This document shows, piece by piece, positions 18,980-29,238 of a stretch of DNA of 64,000 nucleotides. Source of the DNA: a virus. The first letter of the stretch is position 1; the number at the start of each line of letters is the position of its first letter. Below the pieces are notes generated by a model. That model did not search any database. It was not told the DNA's origin and was given only the letters and a program-made list of their open reading frames with translations. The stretch is from the IMG/VR virus record IMGVR_UViG_3300042731_006881, positions 25,748-89,747 of that record; one strand, written 5' to 3'. Both the position numbers and the translations under genes were made by a program.

Positions 18980-21438
18980 TCCAAACTCCTATCAAATCCC
19001 CAGTCGTCAACGTCACCCGGGCGCGGCCTGGCGTAGGACGGCTCCTCATCGATTTCCTCCAGGTTGTCGAAGCGCGTGTATGCCGACGTGAACCTAGTCC
19101 GCACAGTCCCTGTTGGACCATTTCGCTGCTTCGCGATGATGACCTCCGCAACGCCCATGTCAACGCTATCCATGTTGTAGTATTCATCACGGTAGATGAA
19201 TATGATAGTGTCGGCGTCCTGCTCAATTGCCCCTGACTCGCGCAAATCGCTCAGCTGAGGGCGCTTGTCATGTCGAGACTCCACCGAGCGATTCAATTGT
19301 GATAGCGCTAGTACAGGAACTTCGAGCTCTTTAGCCAACTGCTTGAGCCCGCGCGACAACTCGCTGACCTCCTGCTCCCTGCTATGCGCATTCCGCCTTC
19401 CGCGCATGAGTTGCAGATAGTCGATCGCGATGAGACCGAGGCGCTTCCCTTTGTGTCTGAGCTCCGCCTGATACCGGCGCGATTTCGCCCGCACTTCTCC
19501 GAGCGATATTGCAGGAGTGTCGTCCACCCGAAGCAGCATGTGCTGGAATGCTCTAGACTTGTCGGTGATGCGACTCCAATCGTCGGAGTTGAGAGATCCG
19601 CTCCTGAGTCGCGACACATCAACCCGCGCTTCCGCAGCAAGGAGACGCAACGCCAATTGCTCAGTCGGCATCTCGAGCGAGAAGAATGCCGCAGCCAAAT
19701 CGCTCTGCTCCCAATTTCCAGGGGTTACCTCGCGCGCCCCAGTCATGTTCGCAGCCACGTTGAGGACGTAGCTCGTATTGTGGGTAACAATGAACCCCTC
19801 GGTAACGAACATCCCATCCTCGTTGCTTACCTTGATGCAAGTGCAACTGCTCCGACCGGTTGGTATCACCCTTGCGATATATCGCTCGCGAAGTCGAAGT
19901 TCCCCACCAACCCACTTCTTCAAATTCTTGTCGCTGCTCACGGGCATGATATCCCCACCGGGGAACGAAAGGTTGATCCTCCAGTACTGTCTCGCGCTGC
20001 ATAGTTCCCCGTTCTTCCGATACGATCCTTGGTGCTCTGCTGATTTCGCTCTACCACCGAGCGACCTAACCAGGAACTCAACGTCATCGCGCAGCTTCTC
20101 CGATGTAGTGCAGTATTCAATTCCCTTCCCGTGCGGGTCGCAGACATAACCGTCTGAATCGCACAAGCCGTTGAGAAGAAGTTGCCGATGCTCCCAGCAC
20201 CCTAGCAGGTACGCCTCTGGAATGAACTTCTCGTGCGACCTACAACATAGCAGACCCAACGCCATCAGGTACCGTTTGATCCCCAACAGTGAAACTCCAC
20301 CACATCCATCGTTGAACCTGCTAGAACCACCTTCCCAACGCTGTTCGACGCAGAAGACAACGTCTTTCTCTGGGTTGTGTATTCGCTGCCCACTACCATC
20401 CCCGAGCCATACACCAAGCACGTATGGGTCAATCGGAATCTCGGATGGTTCCCGTTCAGACCACCGCATCTTCGCAGCAAACTGGATGCTATGATTCAAT
20501 CCTCCATCTGAACGATGAAGTGTTCTGGCAATATCCGCCGTGGTACGCACTGCTCCACACAAACCAGCGCGCCTATCAGATCGTGTACGAGTCACCCACA
20601 GGTGCTCGCCGCACACCTCTACCGAGCAACCGTCTGATGTTTCAACAGAAAACGTCTCCTTCGTTCCTTGTGGAAATACACCCTGCACAATAGTTGGTAA
20701 CCCGTCGGCTCCCATCACCAGATCGCCAACTCGCAGCGACTCTACGCGCTTCCATCCACCCGGCGTCAGTACTCGCTGTCCATCCTTCAGGGCCTTCCCC
20801 ATCCCGGGCCTCCCAGCCACGATGAAGAGCTCTCCAGGGTGCATCCCCGTCGTGAGTCTGTCCACATCGTCAAAACCAGTTCTAGCTCCGGTCACTCCGC
20901 TCGCGCCCGACCTCGATGCGGTTGCCACCGACTCGAGAGCTTCTCCCACCGCTTCGCCGATATCGACCATTGATCGCGCCGATCCGGCCTGGGCGATCGC
21001 CGAGAGTTTCTGCTCCGTTGCGTCGATGTATTCCTGTGGGTCCCCACAATCTCCGTGGGCCTCCGCCGCTGCCCTCTGGCACACGCTAATGAAGCGCCGC
21101 AGACGCGCCTTGTCGCGTACCGTCTCGGCGTGCTGGACTACGTTCGATATCGCCGGTGTCGCATGGGTGACACGCACGAGGTACTCGGTGCCTCCGACCC
21201 GATCGAGCTGGCCAGCGTCCTTCAGCCGCCCGCGGATCGAAACCAGGTCAACCGCGGATCCGTCGGAGCTGACACCGATGACTGCCTGAAACAGGATCCG
21301 GTGAGCGTCCGAGTAGAAATCAGCTGGCTCAACCAGTCCGTCCACGAGGTCTAGCGATGGGTCCGGGTGCAGGATGCAGGCGCTCAGCACAGCCACCTCG
21401 GCCTCAATGTCGTGCGGGGGTAACGAACCGTCGCTCAC
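18976..21438 (-). CDS. dnaB: Replicative DNA helicase DnaB containing an intein
   Basis: PPHDIEAE, GRPGMGK|T, FSLEM, IDYLQL, LSQLNR, DLRESGAIEQDAD, KQRNGPTG. Confidence 0.97.
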   Translation of the reverse strand: MSDGSLPPHDIEAEVAVLSACILHPDPSLDLVDGLVEPADFYSDAHRILFQAVIGVSSDGSAVDLVSIRGRLKDAGQLDRVGGTEYLVRVTHATPAISNVVQHAETVRDKARLRRFISVCQRAAAEAHGDCGDPQEYIDATEQKLSAIAQAGSARSMVDIGEAVGEALESVATASRSGASGVTGARTGFDDVDRLTTGMHPGELFIVAGRPGMGKALKDGQRVLTPGGWKRVESLRVGDLVMGADGLPTIVQGVFPQGTKETFSVETSDGCSVEVCGEHLWVTRTRSDRRAGLCGAVRTTADIARTLHRSDGGLNHSIQFAAKMRWSEREPSEIPIDPYVLGVWLGDGSGQRIHNPEKDVVFCVEQRWEGGSSRFNDGCGGVSLLGIKRYLMALGLLCCRSHEKFIPEAYLLGCWEHRQLLLNGLCDSDGYVCDPHGKGIEYCTTSEKLRDDVEFLVRSLGGRAKSAEHQGSYRKNGELCSARQYWRINLSFPGGDIMPVSSDKNLKKWVGGELRLRERYIARVIPTGRSSCTCIKVSNEDGMFVTEGFIVTHNTSYVLNVAANMTGAREVTPGNWEQSDLAAAFFSLEMPTEQLALRLLAAEARVDVSRLRSGSLNSDDWSRITDKSRAFQHMLLRVDDTPAISLGEVRAKSRRYQAELRHKGKRLGLIAIDYLQLMRGRRNAHSREQEVSELSRGLKQLAKELEVPVLALSQLNRSVESRHDKRPQLSDLRESGAIEQDADTIIFIYRDEYYNMDSVDMGVAEVIIAKQRNGPTGTVRTRFTSAYTRFDNLEEIDEEPSYARPRPGDVDDWGFDRSLD
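19777..20793 (-). mobile_element. Class 3-type intein with LAGLIDADG homing endonuclease in the DnaB P-loop
   Basis: Starts ALKDGQRVLTP after GK and ends FIVTHN before T; LGVWLGDG and LNGLCDSDG motifs; 339 aa. Confidence 0.9.
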
Positions 21439-21827
21439 TTCTCGAGCACCTTCACCAAATCCGAAACCTCTGGCCGCTTGCTCGCTGATTGGTCAACGCC
21501 GGCCCGTGACAGGGCCTGTCGCGCGTTTTCGGTGGCTAAGCGCGTCTGCTCCTGCACCCATTCCTCGTGGCGCTTAGAGGCCGCCTCAGCGGCCCTGCGT
21601 CGCATTCCAGCAAGGGCGGACTTTCTTATCTCACCGAGCGTTGGAGCGAACTGGCGGTGCTCATCCTGAGCGAGTGCATCCACCGCCGCCACCATGGCCT
21701 CCGGGTCCAGGTCGCTGAGGAGCCTCCCCCACTCAGCCAGTGACTCGCGCGTCTGCTTCGCGGCCCAGCTCGGAAATGCTGCAAGCATGACCGAGTAGGC
21801 CCGGCGCAGGTGCGGATTGGAGCTCAT
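21435..21827 (-). CDS. Helicase loader/inhibitor (G39P-like)
   Basis: LAAFP...W..LLSDL...FAPTLGEIR; lies between rep and dnaB. Confidence 0.7.
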   Translation of the reverse strand: MSSNPHLRRAYSVMLAAFPSWAAKQTRESLAEWGRLLSDLDPEAMVAAVDALAQDEHRQFAPTLGEIRKSALAGMRRRAAEAASKRHEEWVQEQTRLATENARQALSRAGVDQSASKRPEVSDLVKVLEK

Positions 21828-22834
21828 CCGAAAACGTCCTCGGGGCGGGGGGCGCGCGACCTCTCGGCTCCGTTCGCTCGTTGCTCGTCAGATATCACCC
21901 ACGCCTCTGCAGTGTCCTGCCACCTATCCGAATGCGTGCCCTTCCCGCGATGGTGCGATCGGAATTTTCGCTCGTGTTGCTCTGGGTCAATGCCGATTTC
22001 TCGAAGGCGACGCACCTGGTCCTGCGTCCACCCCTTCCACCGACCTACCCTCCCATACTGGGATGGGTCAGAACCAAACAGCAGCTCGTCCGCAGGGCTC
22101 GGATGAGGTTGCTCGCGAGCGCGGAGTCGTGACCTGTCAGGTGGATCCGGATCTTCAGGATCAGGATCAGGATCAGGATCAGGATCAGGATCAGGAGATC
22201 GGGGGTCGGTGGACCCCATGCCAACCCCTTCACAAGGGGCTTCTAGAACTCCCTTACTAAGGGGCTGTTCATTGGCTACAAACCCCTTCACAAGGGGCTT
22301 CGAAGGGGCTTGCCAAGGGGCTTGCCAAGGGGCTTGCCAAGGGGCTTCGAAGTACACATGTGACCCCTTCTTTGGTGGCTTCGAAGTACCATCCCAATCT
22401 CGCGTGAGGTTAAACCTCTCGTCGTACATCTCAACGAACCGGCGCGTGAACTGGTGATCACCAAAGTTCTGAAGAGAACGGATCACCTGTATCCGCTTGT
22501 TGTCGCCCACCTTCATCGATTCCCCAATCTGAGTTCTAGCTCCAGACGGGAGAAACATCAGCTCCTCGCCTTCGTCGATGAGCGCAAAGTCTTCGGCGAT
22601 CAAAACGTCTAGCGCCTCCCTTACGCGATCCTCTTTCCACCCGAGCTCATGCATGATGATCGGGACGGATAGGTGAAACAGACCGGTCATTGTCGTGTGC
22701 GGACCCGTCATTAGGTAGCAAGCCAGCGCCTGAGCCAGTGGATTTCCTCGAAGACGCTTTCCGGTCCCTCGAGTCCAAAACACAGGAGCAACCTGAGCGT
22801 GGTGCCTCACTCTTCGGTTCCTCGCGGGTCGCAT
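21824..22834 (-). CDS. Replication initiator protein
   Basis: FW...YLMTGPH..MTGLF N-terminal wHTH pattern, internal repeats, (DP)n linker; upstream of loader and dnaB. Confidence 0.75.
   Translation of the reverse strand: MRPARNRRVRHHAQVAPVFWTRGTGKRLRGNPLAQALACYLMTGPHTTMTGLFHLSVPIIMHELGWKEDRVREALDVLIAEDFALIDEGEELMFLPSGARTQIGESMKVGDNKRIQVIRSLQNFGDHQFTRRFVEMYDERFNLTRDWDGTSKPPKKGSHVYFEAPWQAPWQAPWQAPSKPLVKGFVANEQPLSKGVLEAPCEGVGMGSTDPRSPDPDPDPDPDPDPEDPDPPDRSRLRAREQPHPSPADELLFGSDPSQYGRVGRWKGWTQDQVRRLREIGIDPEQHERKFRSHHRGKGTHSDRWQDTAEAWVISDEQRANGAERSRAPRPEDVFG
22149..22352. repeat. Iteron-like repeats / probable replication origin inside rep
   Basis: (CAGGAT)n at ~22155-22195; AAGGGGCTT(GCC/CG) units tandem at ~22291-22352 with further copies near 22234 and 22259. 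Confidence 0.7.
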
Positions 22835-23028
22835 ACACCGAACACAAGCGCCGCCGGTGGAACCCCGAGTGATGAAGCCAGCTTCGTCCAGGTCTCGATC
22901 GTGCCATTCCTCTGACCGAGTTCGAGTTGAGATAGATAGGCGACGGTGAGCCCAGTATCGCTGGCAATGTCAGCCAGCGTCCTTCCTGCGCTCTTCCTTG
23001 CGGCCCTTAGCCTGTCTTGAGCTGTCAT
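22807..23028 (-). CDS. XRE/Cro-family HTH regulator (probably leaderless)
   Basis: LRAARKSAGRTLADIASDTGLTVAYLSQLELGQR. Confidence 0.9.
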   Translation of the reverse strand: MTAQDRLRAARKSAGRTLADIASDTGLTVAYLSQLELGQRNGTIETWTKLASSLGVPPAALVFGVCDPRGTEE

Positions 23029-23064
23029 TCAGCTGAATGTAGACATTCAGCTGACAGTTTTCAA
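23029..23064 (-). promoter_or_regulatory. Promoter with overlapping palindromic operator
   Basis: Minus strand TTGAAA-17-TACATT, 7 nt, ATG; inverted repeat TCAGCTGAATGT-AG-ACATTCAGCTGA. Confidence 0.75.
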
Positions 23065-23258
23065 GCGATCAGTTGATTAGATGTCACGCTGGTACCTGCG
23101 CTTGTCCAGAGCACTCCCCCCGCTCCTCCTCCAACAGGTCAAGTTGTGCCAGCCACTCACGGGGGGTCATGCCGAATTTTCTCGCCAGCACGCTCACCGC
23201 AGCCACGTTAGCCCAGTCCATTTCATCGTCCATGCATCTCATTTTCACTGCTCTCATT

Positions 23259-23609
23259 TTACCCAACATCATCCATTCGGACGCTGTGTTCGAGCAGCAC
23301 GCGCCCCTCTGGAGTGAGCTCGTAGACGGCTTGAGCACCACACTTCACGAGCTGACTGACTAGCCCGCAGGCGATGAGGGACGACAGCTCCTCTTGGGTA
23401 AGGTAACGCGACTGTGGATGCCGTTTGCCGAGGTCTTCCTTCGCGTCAAGAATCGACGCCTGCCTCTCGTTCTCCAGCGCCGCTTGGATCGCCGCTTCCC
23501 TGTCCCACCGGTACGCTCCAATTCCGTCCGCGGTCTCGGCGTACCAGACGCAATCTTCCATTTCGACCTTTTCGATCCGTCTATCGTTGTGCGATTGTCT
23601 GTCCATCAT
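23259..23609 (-). CDS. Hypothetical protein
   Basis: 116 aa with RBS GAGG; C-terminal YELTPEGR resembles a wHTH wing. Confidence 0.45.
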   Translation of the reverse strand: MMDRQSHNDRRIEKVEMEDCVWYAETADGIGAYRWDREAAIQAALENERQASILDAKEDLGKRHPQSRYLTQEELSSLIACGLVSQLVKCGAQAVYELTPEGRVLLEHSVRMDDVG

Positions 23610-23693
23610 GCCTCACTCGCATATCCCGAACATAAGCGAAGCTGGAGGCACTCCAAGATCCGACGCCAGCTTTCTCAGCGATCAAATCGCGTC

Positions 23694-25313
23694 TCAAAAC
23701 AGCTTCCCCTGCCTAGGCGACTTCTCTGGTTCCGCTCGCAATGACTCACGCGGCACGTAGCTGCCGCCATCTTCGTGGGTGAGGCGAGCTCGCGCGATCG
23801 ACACGAACGGCTCTTCGTCGGTGTCGTTGAGCTCGCACCCAATCCAACGGCACCCTTCGCGCATCGCCGCGATCCCCTCAGACCCGCCGCCGGCGAATGG
23901 GTTGAAGACGACCTGGCCAGGTCGAGCCACGAGTCGCGTCAGCCATCGGATGACGTCAACGCTCTTTGATGTTGGGTGTACGTTTCGCGCACCACCAGCG
24001 CCGGCGCGGGCGCTCTTCAGCCCTACCTGCTCGTCTTTCCGCGCCGTTGCCTCGGCCGCGCTTCTGGTTCTGAAATGCTTCAGGCCAGCGTCCTTCTCGG
24101 CGCGACCGGGCTTCGCATGGTAGAGAAATTCCGGCTCGTCTGACGCGAACTGGGGAAAGTAGCGTGCACGGTCGCCAAGCGCCTTCGCTGGGCACCCGTC
24201 GACGCACTCCCAAACCTCAATATCCTCGGTAGCCTGGTCCCGTCGCTGTCCAGGCCTGAAGGCGAACGAGGTTGAACCATCGCCCTGGTAGGACTTATCT
24301 CCGCTCACTTCGTTCTCTCGCCCGTTGGTGTGTCTCACCTTCGAAACGCTGGAGCCGGTGAACGAAGACGGCTGCGTGTCGCGGTTCGGCGTGTCCCAGG
24401 CTGGATTTGCCGCAACGGATCGAGTTCCTACGAGTCGGCATCCAGGGGCGTGTTGGATGAGCACGTTGGGGGGCCATCGTCCTGATGTTACCTCGCTCGC
24501 TCCAGAGAGATCGCTGGCATTTTTCCAGCTATTTTCCATCTCGCCACCGCGCGCCCGAATCGCCTCGACCCCGGATCGGTGCTGCTCGAAGTCATCTTTG
24601 GACGCATGCTCAATGCGACAGGCGTCGATGTTGAGCGTACCCGTTCCGTGCGCCAGCGCATTCTCGGCGTAGGTACCCTCGAGCGGCTTACGGCAGACGA
24701 AGATCGGTTCATGCGATGGGCGCAACCCAGAGCCCTGCCCAGACCACCGCATAGACTCCTCAGTGGACGGGCATAGGTGGTCGCCAGGCTTCCGTGCCTT
24801 AGGCAGCGTGCTGGCGCAGTGCCGTCCTGGCAGCGTGCATTGGTGCATCGCTACCATCCGCTCCATGTTTACAGACTTCGGCATCCCTTGGCCGTATAGC
24901 CACTGGATCGTGTCCAGTAGCTCGAATCCGGCTAGGCGCAGCGAGATGCCCATCAGATCCTCTGTTCGCGTACCGGAGAACGTGAGTAGGTATCCGCCTG
25001 GCTTGAGAATTCTGAGGCACTCGCTCCACACCTCGGGACCCGGGACGAAGCGGTCCCATGTGCGGCCCATGAAGCCGCGCTTGCGCTTCAAGTACGCCTG
25101 TCCAGCAAGCCAGCACTCGAGCGCCTCGGTCACGTCTTTCGTCGTGATTTTGCTGAGCCCATATGGAGCGTCGGTCACGATCGCGTCGACGCAGCTGTCG
25201 GACATGCTCCGCATCGTGTCGATGCAGTCTCCGTGGACTACACACCACCGCGCTTCGCCAGAGAGGACGTCATCTGGGGTTGAATCAGCCACGCCGATCC
25301 CAAGGCCTCTCAC
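23694..25313 (-). CDS. DNA amino-methyltransferase (N4/N6)
   Basis: GDCI, IVTDAPY, RILKPGG, HPTSK, NPFAGGGSEG. Confidence 0.9.
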   Translation of the reverse strand: MRGLGIGVADSTPDDVLSGEARWCVVHGDCIDTMRSMSDSCVDAIVTDAPYGLSKITTKDVTEALECWLAGQAYLKRKRGFMGRTWDRFVPGPEVWSECLRILKPGGYLLTFSGTRTEDLMGISLRLAGFELLDTIQWLYGQGMPKSVNMERMVAMHQCTLPGRHCASTLPKARKPGDHLCPSTEESMRWSGQGSGLRPSHEPIFVCRKPLEGTYAENALAHGTGTLNIDACRIEHASKDDFEQHRSGVEAIRARGGEMENSWKNASDLSGASEVTSGRWPPNVLIQHAPGCRLVGTRSVAANPAWDTPNRDTQPSSFTGSSVSKVRHTNGRENEVSGDKSYQGDGSTSFAFRPGQRRDQATEDIEVWECVDGCPAKALGDRARYFPQFASDEPEFLYHAKPGRAEKDAGLKHFRTRSAAEATARKDEQVGLKSARAGAGGARNVHPTSKSVDVIRWLTRLVARPGQVVFNPFAGGGSEGIAAMREGCRWIGCELNDTDEEPFVSIARARLTHEDGGSYVPRESLRAEPEKSPRQGKLF

Positions 25314-25749
25314 CAGAGATGTTGCTTCGCAGGAACGCTAGGTCGTAATCGTCGTTCACAACGTCAATGCACCACCTAGCTAGTTCCTCAAGCGTTGAGA
25401 ATACCGGAGACAGTGGTGTCCCAGGACCAGTTATCATCTCCTCATACAATTGGTATGATGTTGCCTGGTCAGTAGACCATCTAGGCATGTACCACTCAGG
25501 ATCAGGCTTTTGAGTCCACCCGTCAAAAGATACTCCAGACGCTTTGTCTTCCATCATGGCGTCAAAAAGATATCTTCCATACCGATCTGCGTAGGATCCT
25601 GGGATCTCGGTTTCCCATGTCCTTCTTGCTAGTTCATGAGCCTTGCTGTCACGCGCAAACTTCCACCCGTCGAACAAGGGTATGAAATCCCCTTGCTCGT
25701 TGACTGGGTGCTTCCAGTCAGACGTCACTCGTCGTACCTCGCAGCCCAT
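25285..25749 (-). CDS. Hypothetical phage protein
   Basis: REVRRV..W.HP-like N-terminus, YQLYE...GTPLSPVF...EELARW. Confidence 0.55.
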   Translation of the reverse strand: MGCEVRRVTSDWKHPVNEQGDFIPLFDGWKFARDSKAHELARRTWETEIPGSYADRYGRYLFDAMMEDKASGVSFDGWTQKPDPEWYMPRWSTDQATSYQLYEEMITGPGTPLSPVFSTLEELARWCIDVVNDDYDLAFLRSNISGERPWDRRG

Positions 25750-26868
25750 CTACTCAGCCGCCTCCCCACCCAACATCTCCAGCAGCCGCGCGTTCCTGGC
25801 TTCCAAGCTACGCATCTGTTCGTACAGGGTTCGACGCTGCTCTCGTATGCAGTCTATCTTTCCGCAGTTCTCTTCACGCTCAGCCTCAATACGCTTCCTG
25901 AGGACCGCGGCGCGCTGCTCAAGAATTTCGAATTCCTCGTCGATGCTTGGCGTCGATTGGTCAATGGCAACCGTGCAGGTTGCTGTACCTGAGCACCCGC
26001 TACCATCACGCCCCAGCAGATCGTCATCCCCTGGCTTCAGTGCAGCCTCCAGCGCGTCCAGAGTGCGCTCCCATGCCGACGTCTCGCTCCTGGCAGGCGG
26101 CCCGGCAGGGACCAACAGCGGCAGCTCTCCGCCTCCAATCGTCACTGGAGTGAGCTCTATTTCGTCGGATTGCGGTACTGGAGCCCAGTCGTAGCACGCA
26201 GGTGATTCTGGGGTTAGGTCGTCTCCATAGATTTGGCAAACGGAGCACTCCTCTCCGTCCCAGGCTGCGCAACTTCCGCATGTGCGACGATTGATGCCTT
26301 CGGCGCCGTCTACCTTCGCTACTAGTCTCTCATACGCCGCATCTGGGTCGATTCCCTCGGAATCGAGAATACCACGAGCTTCCTCGTCTGACATTGGCTG
26401 GTTGTCGTCTCCGTCGTTCTCTCCGAATGGGCAATCTCCTGCTGTGTCAGCATCATCAACGGATTCGGTGTTAGCGTCTGTTTTCTCTTCCTTCTCCTTC
26501 GCAACGCACGCAACGAACTCATAAAACTCCGATACGGTCTCAACTCCGTATTGGATCGACTGGTCAGTGGCGGCGGTTGCGGACGCCATCTCGACGACAT
26601 GAGTAGGAACCGGAAGTGATGGAACACTATCAGTGTCTTGGCTTTCGTTGTCCTCCAGTAATCTCGTTCGCTCATGGTTGGTCAACCGCCACTTATATCG
26701 GTGGTTCTGCACCGTCCTCCCCTGCCTCATGAGCTCGAGGAGCTCGTCTCCGACCCGGAGCGCGCTGGTCGGATCCGGCATGCCGAGATGCGCGGCGATG
26801 TCATCCGCCATCATGGGCACGCCGCTGGTGTGCAGGGTGGTGATGATTCGTTGCTTTAGGTCAGTCAT
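25750..26868 (-). CDS. Protein with N-terminal wHTH, Cys cluster and coiled coil
   Basis: DIAAHLG...LMRQG..., CGSCAAW...C...C, acidic linker. Confidence 0.55.
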   Translation of the reverse strand: MTDLKQRIITTLHTSGVPMMADDIAAHLGMPDPTSALRVGDELLELMRQGRTVQNHRYKWRLTNHERTRLLEDNESQDTDSVPSLPVPTHVVEMASATAATDQSIQYGVETVSEFYEFVACVAKEKEEKTDANTESVDDADTAGDCPFGENDGDDNQPMSDEEARGILDSEGIDPDAAYERLVAKVDGAEGINRRTCGSCAAWDGEECSVCQIYGDDLTPESPACYDWAPVPQSDEIELTPVTIGGGELPLLVPAGPPARSETSAWERTLDALEAALKPGDDDLLGRDGSGCSGTATCTVAIDQSTPSIDEEFEILEQRAAVLRKRIEAEREENCGKIDCIREQRRTLYEQMRSLEARNARLLEMLGGEAAE

Positions 26869-27113
26869 CGCACTTCGACTCCTTCTTGATGTTCATTCGG
26901 TTGGCTCCCAATGAGCACAGAAGTGTTCATTGGGCACGTATACGTTTCCGAGTTTCCCGCAGTAGCCGAAGGCGTCCGACGCCTCCACAGTCCCGCAGTG
27001 TTTGCACGTGTGGCACGTCGTTTCGTCCAGCACCGCCAGCGCCAGCCGCACACCTTCACCGGTGCCGCCTGGGTGCCTGCGGACGAGCGCCTCGAGCTTG
27101 TCGCGGATGGCGC

Positions 27114-27524
27114 TCACCCCGGCACCCCTTCCAGCTCCTCGAGGATGCGGCGTGCGGCGATGCGCAGTGCTGAAGCTGCTGCGAGGTTCCGTCTTCCTGA
27201 GTCCGCATCCTCTCTCAGCTCGTTCACCAGAGCATTCATCCTGTCGCGCCAGTAGACGCCGTTCTCGCGGTCGTGTCTGGCGATGACGTGACGAACGTCC
27301 TGCAGACTGAAACTGTCGTCCAAAAGCTCGAGCCTTTCGTCGTCAATCCAGCACTCTTGTCCGGCAGAATCTACCGCGTTTCCACGGCGATTTGTCCACG
27401 GACTCCATCGCGACCCATCTGCCAGCGGCGGCAAACCGCCGTCGCTTGGATCCGATTTCTTCTCGCCAGACCACGCAGCACGCGACCCGTTCCACATTCC
27501 AATCATCGTCTCACCTCCGCTCAT
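27114..27524 (-). CDS. Hypothetical protein
   Basis: 136 aa ORF in operon orientation. Confidence 0.4.
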   Translation of the reverse strand: MSGGETMIGMWNGSRAAWSGEKKSDPSDGGLPPLADGSRWSPWTNRRGNAVDSAGQECWIDDERLELLDDSFSLQDVRHVIARHDRENGVYWRDRMNALVNELREDADSGRRNLAAASALRIAARRILEELEGVPG

Positions 27525-27632
27525 GACACTCCTTCACCTGTCGCACTGGTTTTATGTTGAATGCGTCCGCTCCGAGTTGGCGCTCGGGTTGGACATGCCC
27601 CAGTCGGCGTTTAAGCGCCGACTGGAGCTGAT

Positions 27633-27944
27633 TTATCGTCTCCACTTCACTACGGCGTCGATTGCCTCTCTCACGCTCTGCACCTGCACCAGCCTCACTC
27701 CTCGCTCAAGAGCTCTGGTGCGCCACTGCTCTTGAGCTTTCTTCGTCTCTGGGTTGCTTTGGTATCGCCCCGGACGTTTGACTTCGATCCACCCTGGTGG
27801 GTCAACCACGCAGATATCTGGAGTTCCACGTGGCGCTAGTCGCACTCTTCCGACGCGACCTCCTGAGTTGACTCGAAACGCCCAGACCCCAATTCTGCCT
27901 AGAGCATCTAGGATTTCGGATTGGACGTCAGCTTCTCCGGTCAC
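27633..27944 (-). CDS. VRR-NUC / PD-(D/E)xK nuclease
   Basis: EADVQSEI, RVNSG, GTPDI, IEVK, Q..W. Confidence 0.85.
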   Translation of the reverse strand: MTGEADVQSEILDALGRIGVWAFRVNSGGRVGRVRLAPRGTPDICVVDPPGWIEVKRPGRYQSNPETKKAQEQWRTRALERGVRLVQVQSVREAIDAVVKWRR

Positions 27945-28870
27945 GATACCAGCAAAAATGCCTCTGGCCTCTCTGGGGACGGTTCCGGAGAGCCAAACAA
28001 AACCGGAAGACCGGCAACCTCACGAACTCGCCCAGCCACAAGGTCAGTGAATTGCCGCAGAACGATGTCCATACGGAATGGCTGAAGATTCCATTTCACT
28101 CCACCATTTCCAACCCGATAGTTGAGTCGCGCTGGAACTAGCACCAGGTCACCTCCGTCGACCACCGGGATTTCGAGCATCGCTGCCCGAGGGACCCTGA
28201 GCTTCCCGCCGCTCGCATCGCGGTGCTCGACCTCGAACGTGAGCGCTCTCTCGCCGGATTGGAGGTTCTCCTTGTTCACGACCCTCCTACCTTCGACAAC
28301 TTCGAGCCCTCGCGATAGCTCAATCAGTCGCGTCGGGCTGGAGAAGGGGTCTCCACCCATTCGCGATGCGAATCGGCCTGCAACGCTGTCTGGGTCGAGC
28401 TTTGCTGCCAAGGCATCAACGAAGTCGATGTTGCGCTCCTCAAGGAGGATGGCGAACTCCTCTTGAGAGTGCCATGTCTCACCAATATCCGACCAGAATC
28501 TCCACTCTTCAGAGAGAGGGAATCGGTAGTTCGCCCGGTGTGCGCACCACTGCGGGTCGCTTCCTGGTAGGTGGTAGTCATATACCGCAACGAGAGCAGG
28601 TCCATCATCGAGGAATATGACCGAGCTCTCCCTCTTGTTGCGATCAACATGCTCCAGAAACGACTCAATGCGCGTGAACGCAGCGGTGCCAGTGACACGC
28701 TCCGGGAATTCCAGGAACTGGTCAATTAGTGGCTTGAGCGAGACAATTTTCTGACCACCATCCGCGTCTCGCAGGGTTGCCGCTTTTGGCAGTTCTTCGA
28801 AAACAGTAACGTCTGTGATACTGCTGGCGACGTCGTAGAAAGCTTTGACAGCTGCTTGGTCGATATTCAT
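27941..28870 (-). CDS. DUF2303 family protein
   Basis: AVYDYH...WCAHRA.Y....SEEW..W, QEEFA..LEE; start set at MNIDQ. Confidence 0.75.
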   Translation of the reverse strand: MNIDQAAVKAFYDVASSITDVTVFEELPKAATLRDADGGQKIVSLKPLIDQFLEFPERVTGTAAFTRIESFLEHVDRNKRESSVIFLDDGPALVAVYDYHLPGSDPQWCAHRANYRFPLSEEWRFWSDIGETWHSQEEFAILLEERNIDFVDALAAKLDPDSVAGRFASRMGGDPFSSPTRLIELSRGLEVVEGRRVVNKENLQSGERALTFEVEHRDASGGKLRVPRAAMLEIPVVDGGDLVLVPARLNYRVGNGGVKWNLQPFRMDIVLRQFTDLVAGRVREVAGLPVLFGSPEPSPERPEAFLLVS

Positions 28871-28872
28871 TC

Positions 28873-29238
28873 TCAATTCTTCTCCATGGTGAATAGCGGG
28901 CTTTTGCCCCGCTCGAAGTCTAGGTCCTGTTGCCGGCTCGGTCGAGCTGGCTGCATTTCTCCGTCGTCCGTCACGTAGATGACGGTCCTGGAGGTTTTGG
29001 CCTTCGGTGGGGTAGCGCTGAGCGTGTAGCCAACGTCTACAGCTCCATTCTCGTCGCTCTTGTATGAGATTTTGAGCGTGATAACACCATCCGCCTTGCC
29101 CTGCCTGCGAGCGAGGGTCACAACCTTGCACAGTAGCTCCCGCTGCAGTTCTGTTGCTTCGTTGTCGAGGTCTCCCTCTGCAAGATCAGCAACGTGATCA
29201 GAAAACAGTCTCTCTTTTTCTTCTTCAGACATCATACT
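28873..29238 (-). CDS. Hypothetical partner of DUF2303
   Basis: GVITLKISY...PPK.....IYVTDDG pattern typical of the gene upstream of DUF2303. Confidence 0.55.
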   Translation of the reverse strand, partial: SMMSEEEKERLFSDHVADLAEGDLDNEATELQRELLCKVVTLARRQGKADGVITLKISYKSDENGAVDVGYTLSATPPKAKTSRTVIYVTDDGEMQPARPSRQQDLDFERGKSPLFTMEKN

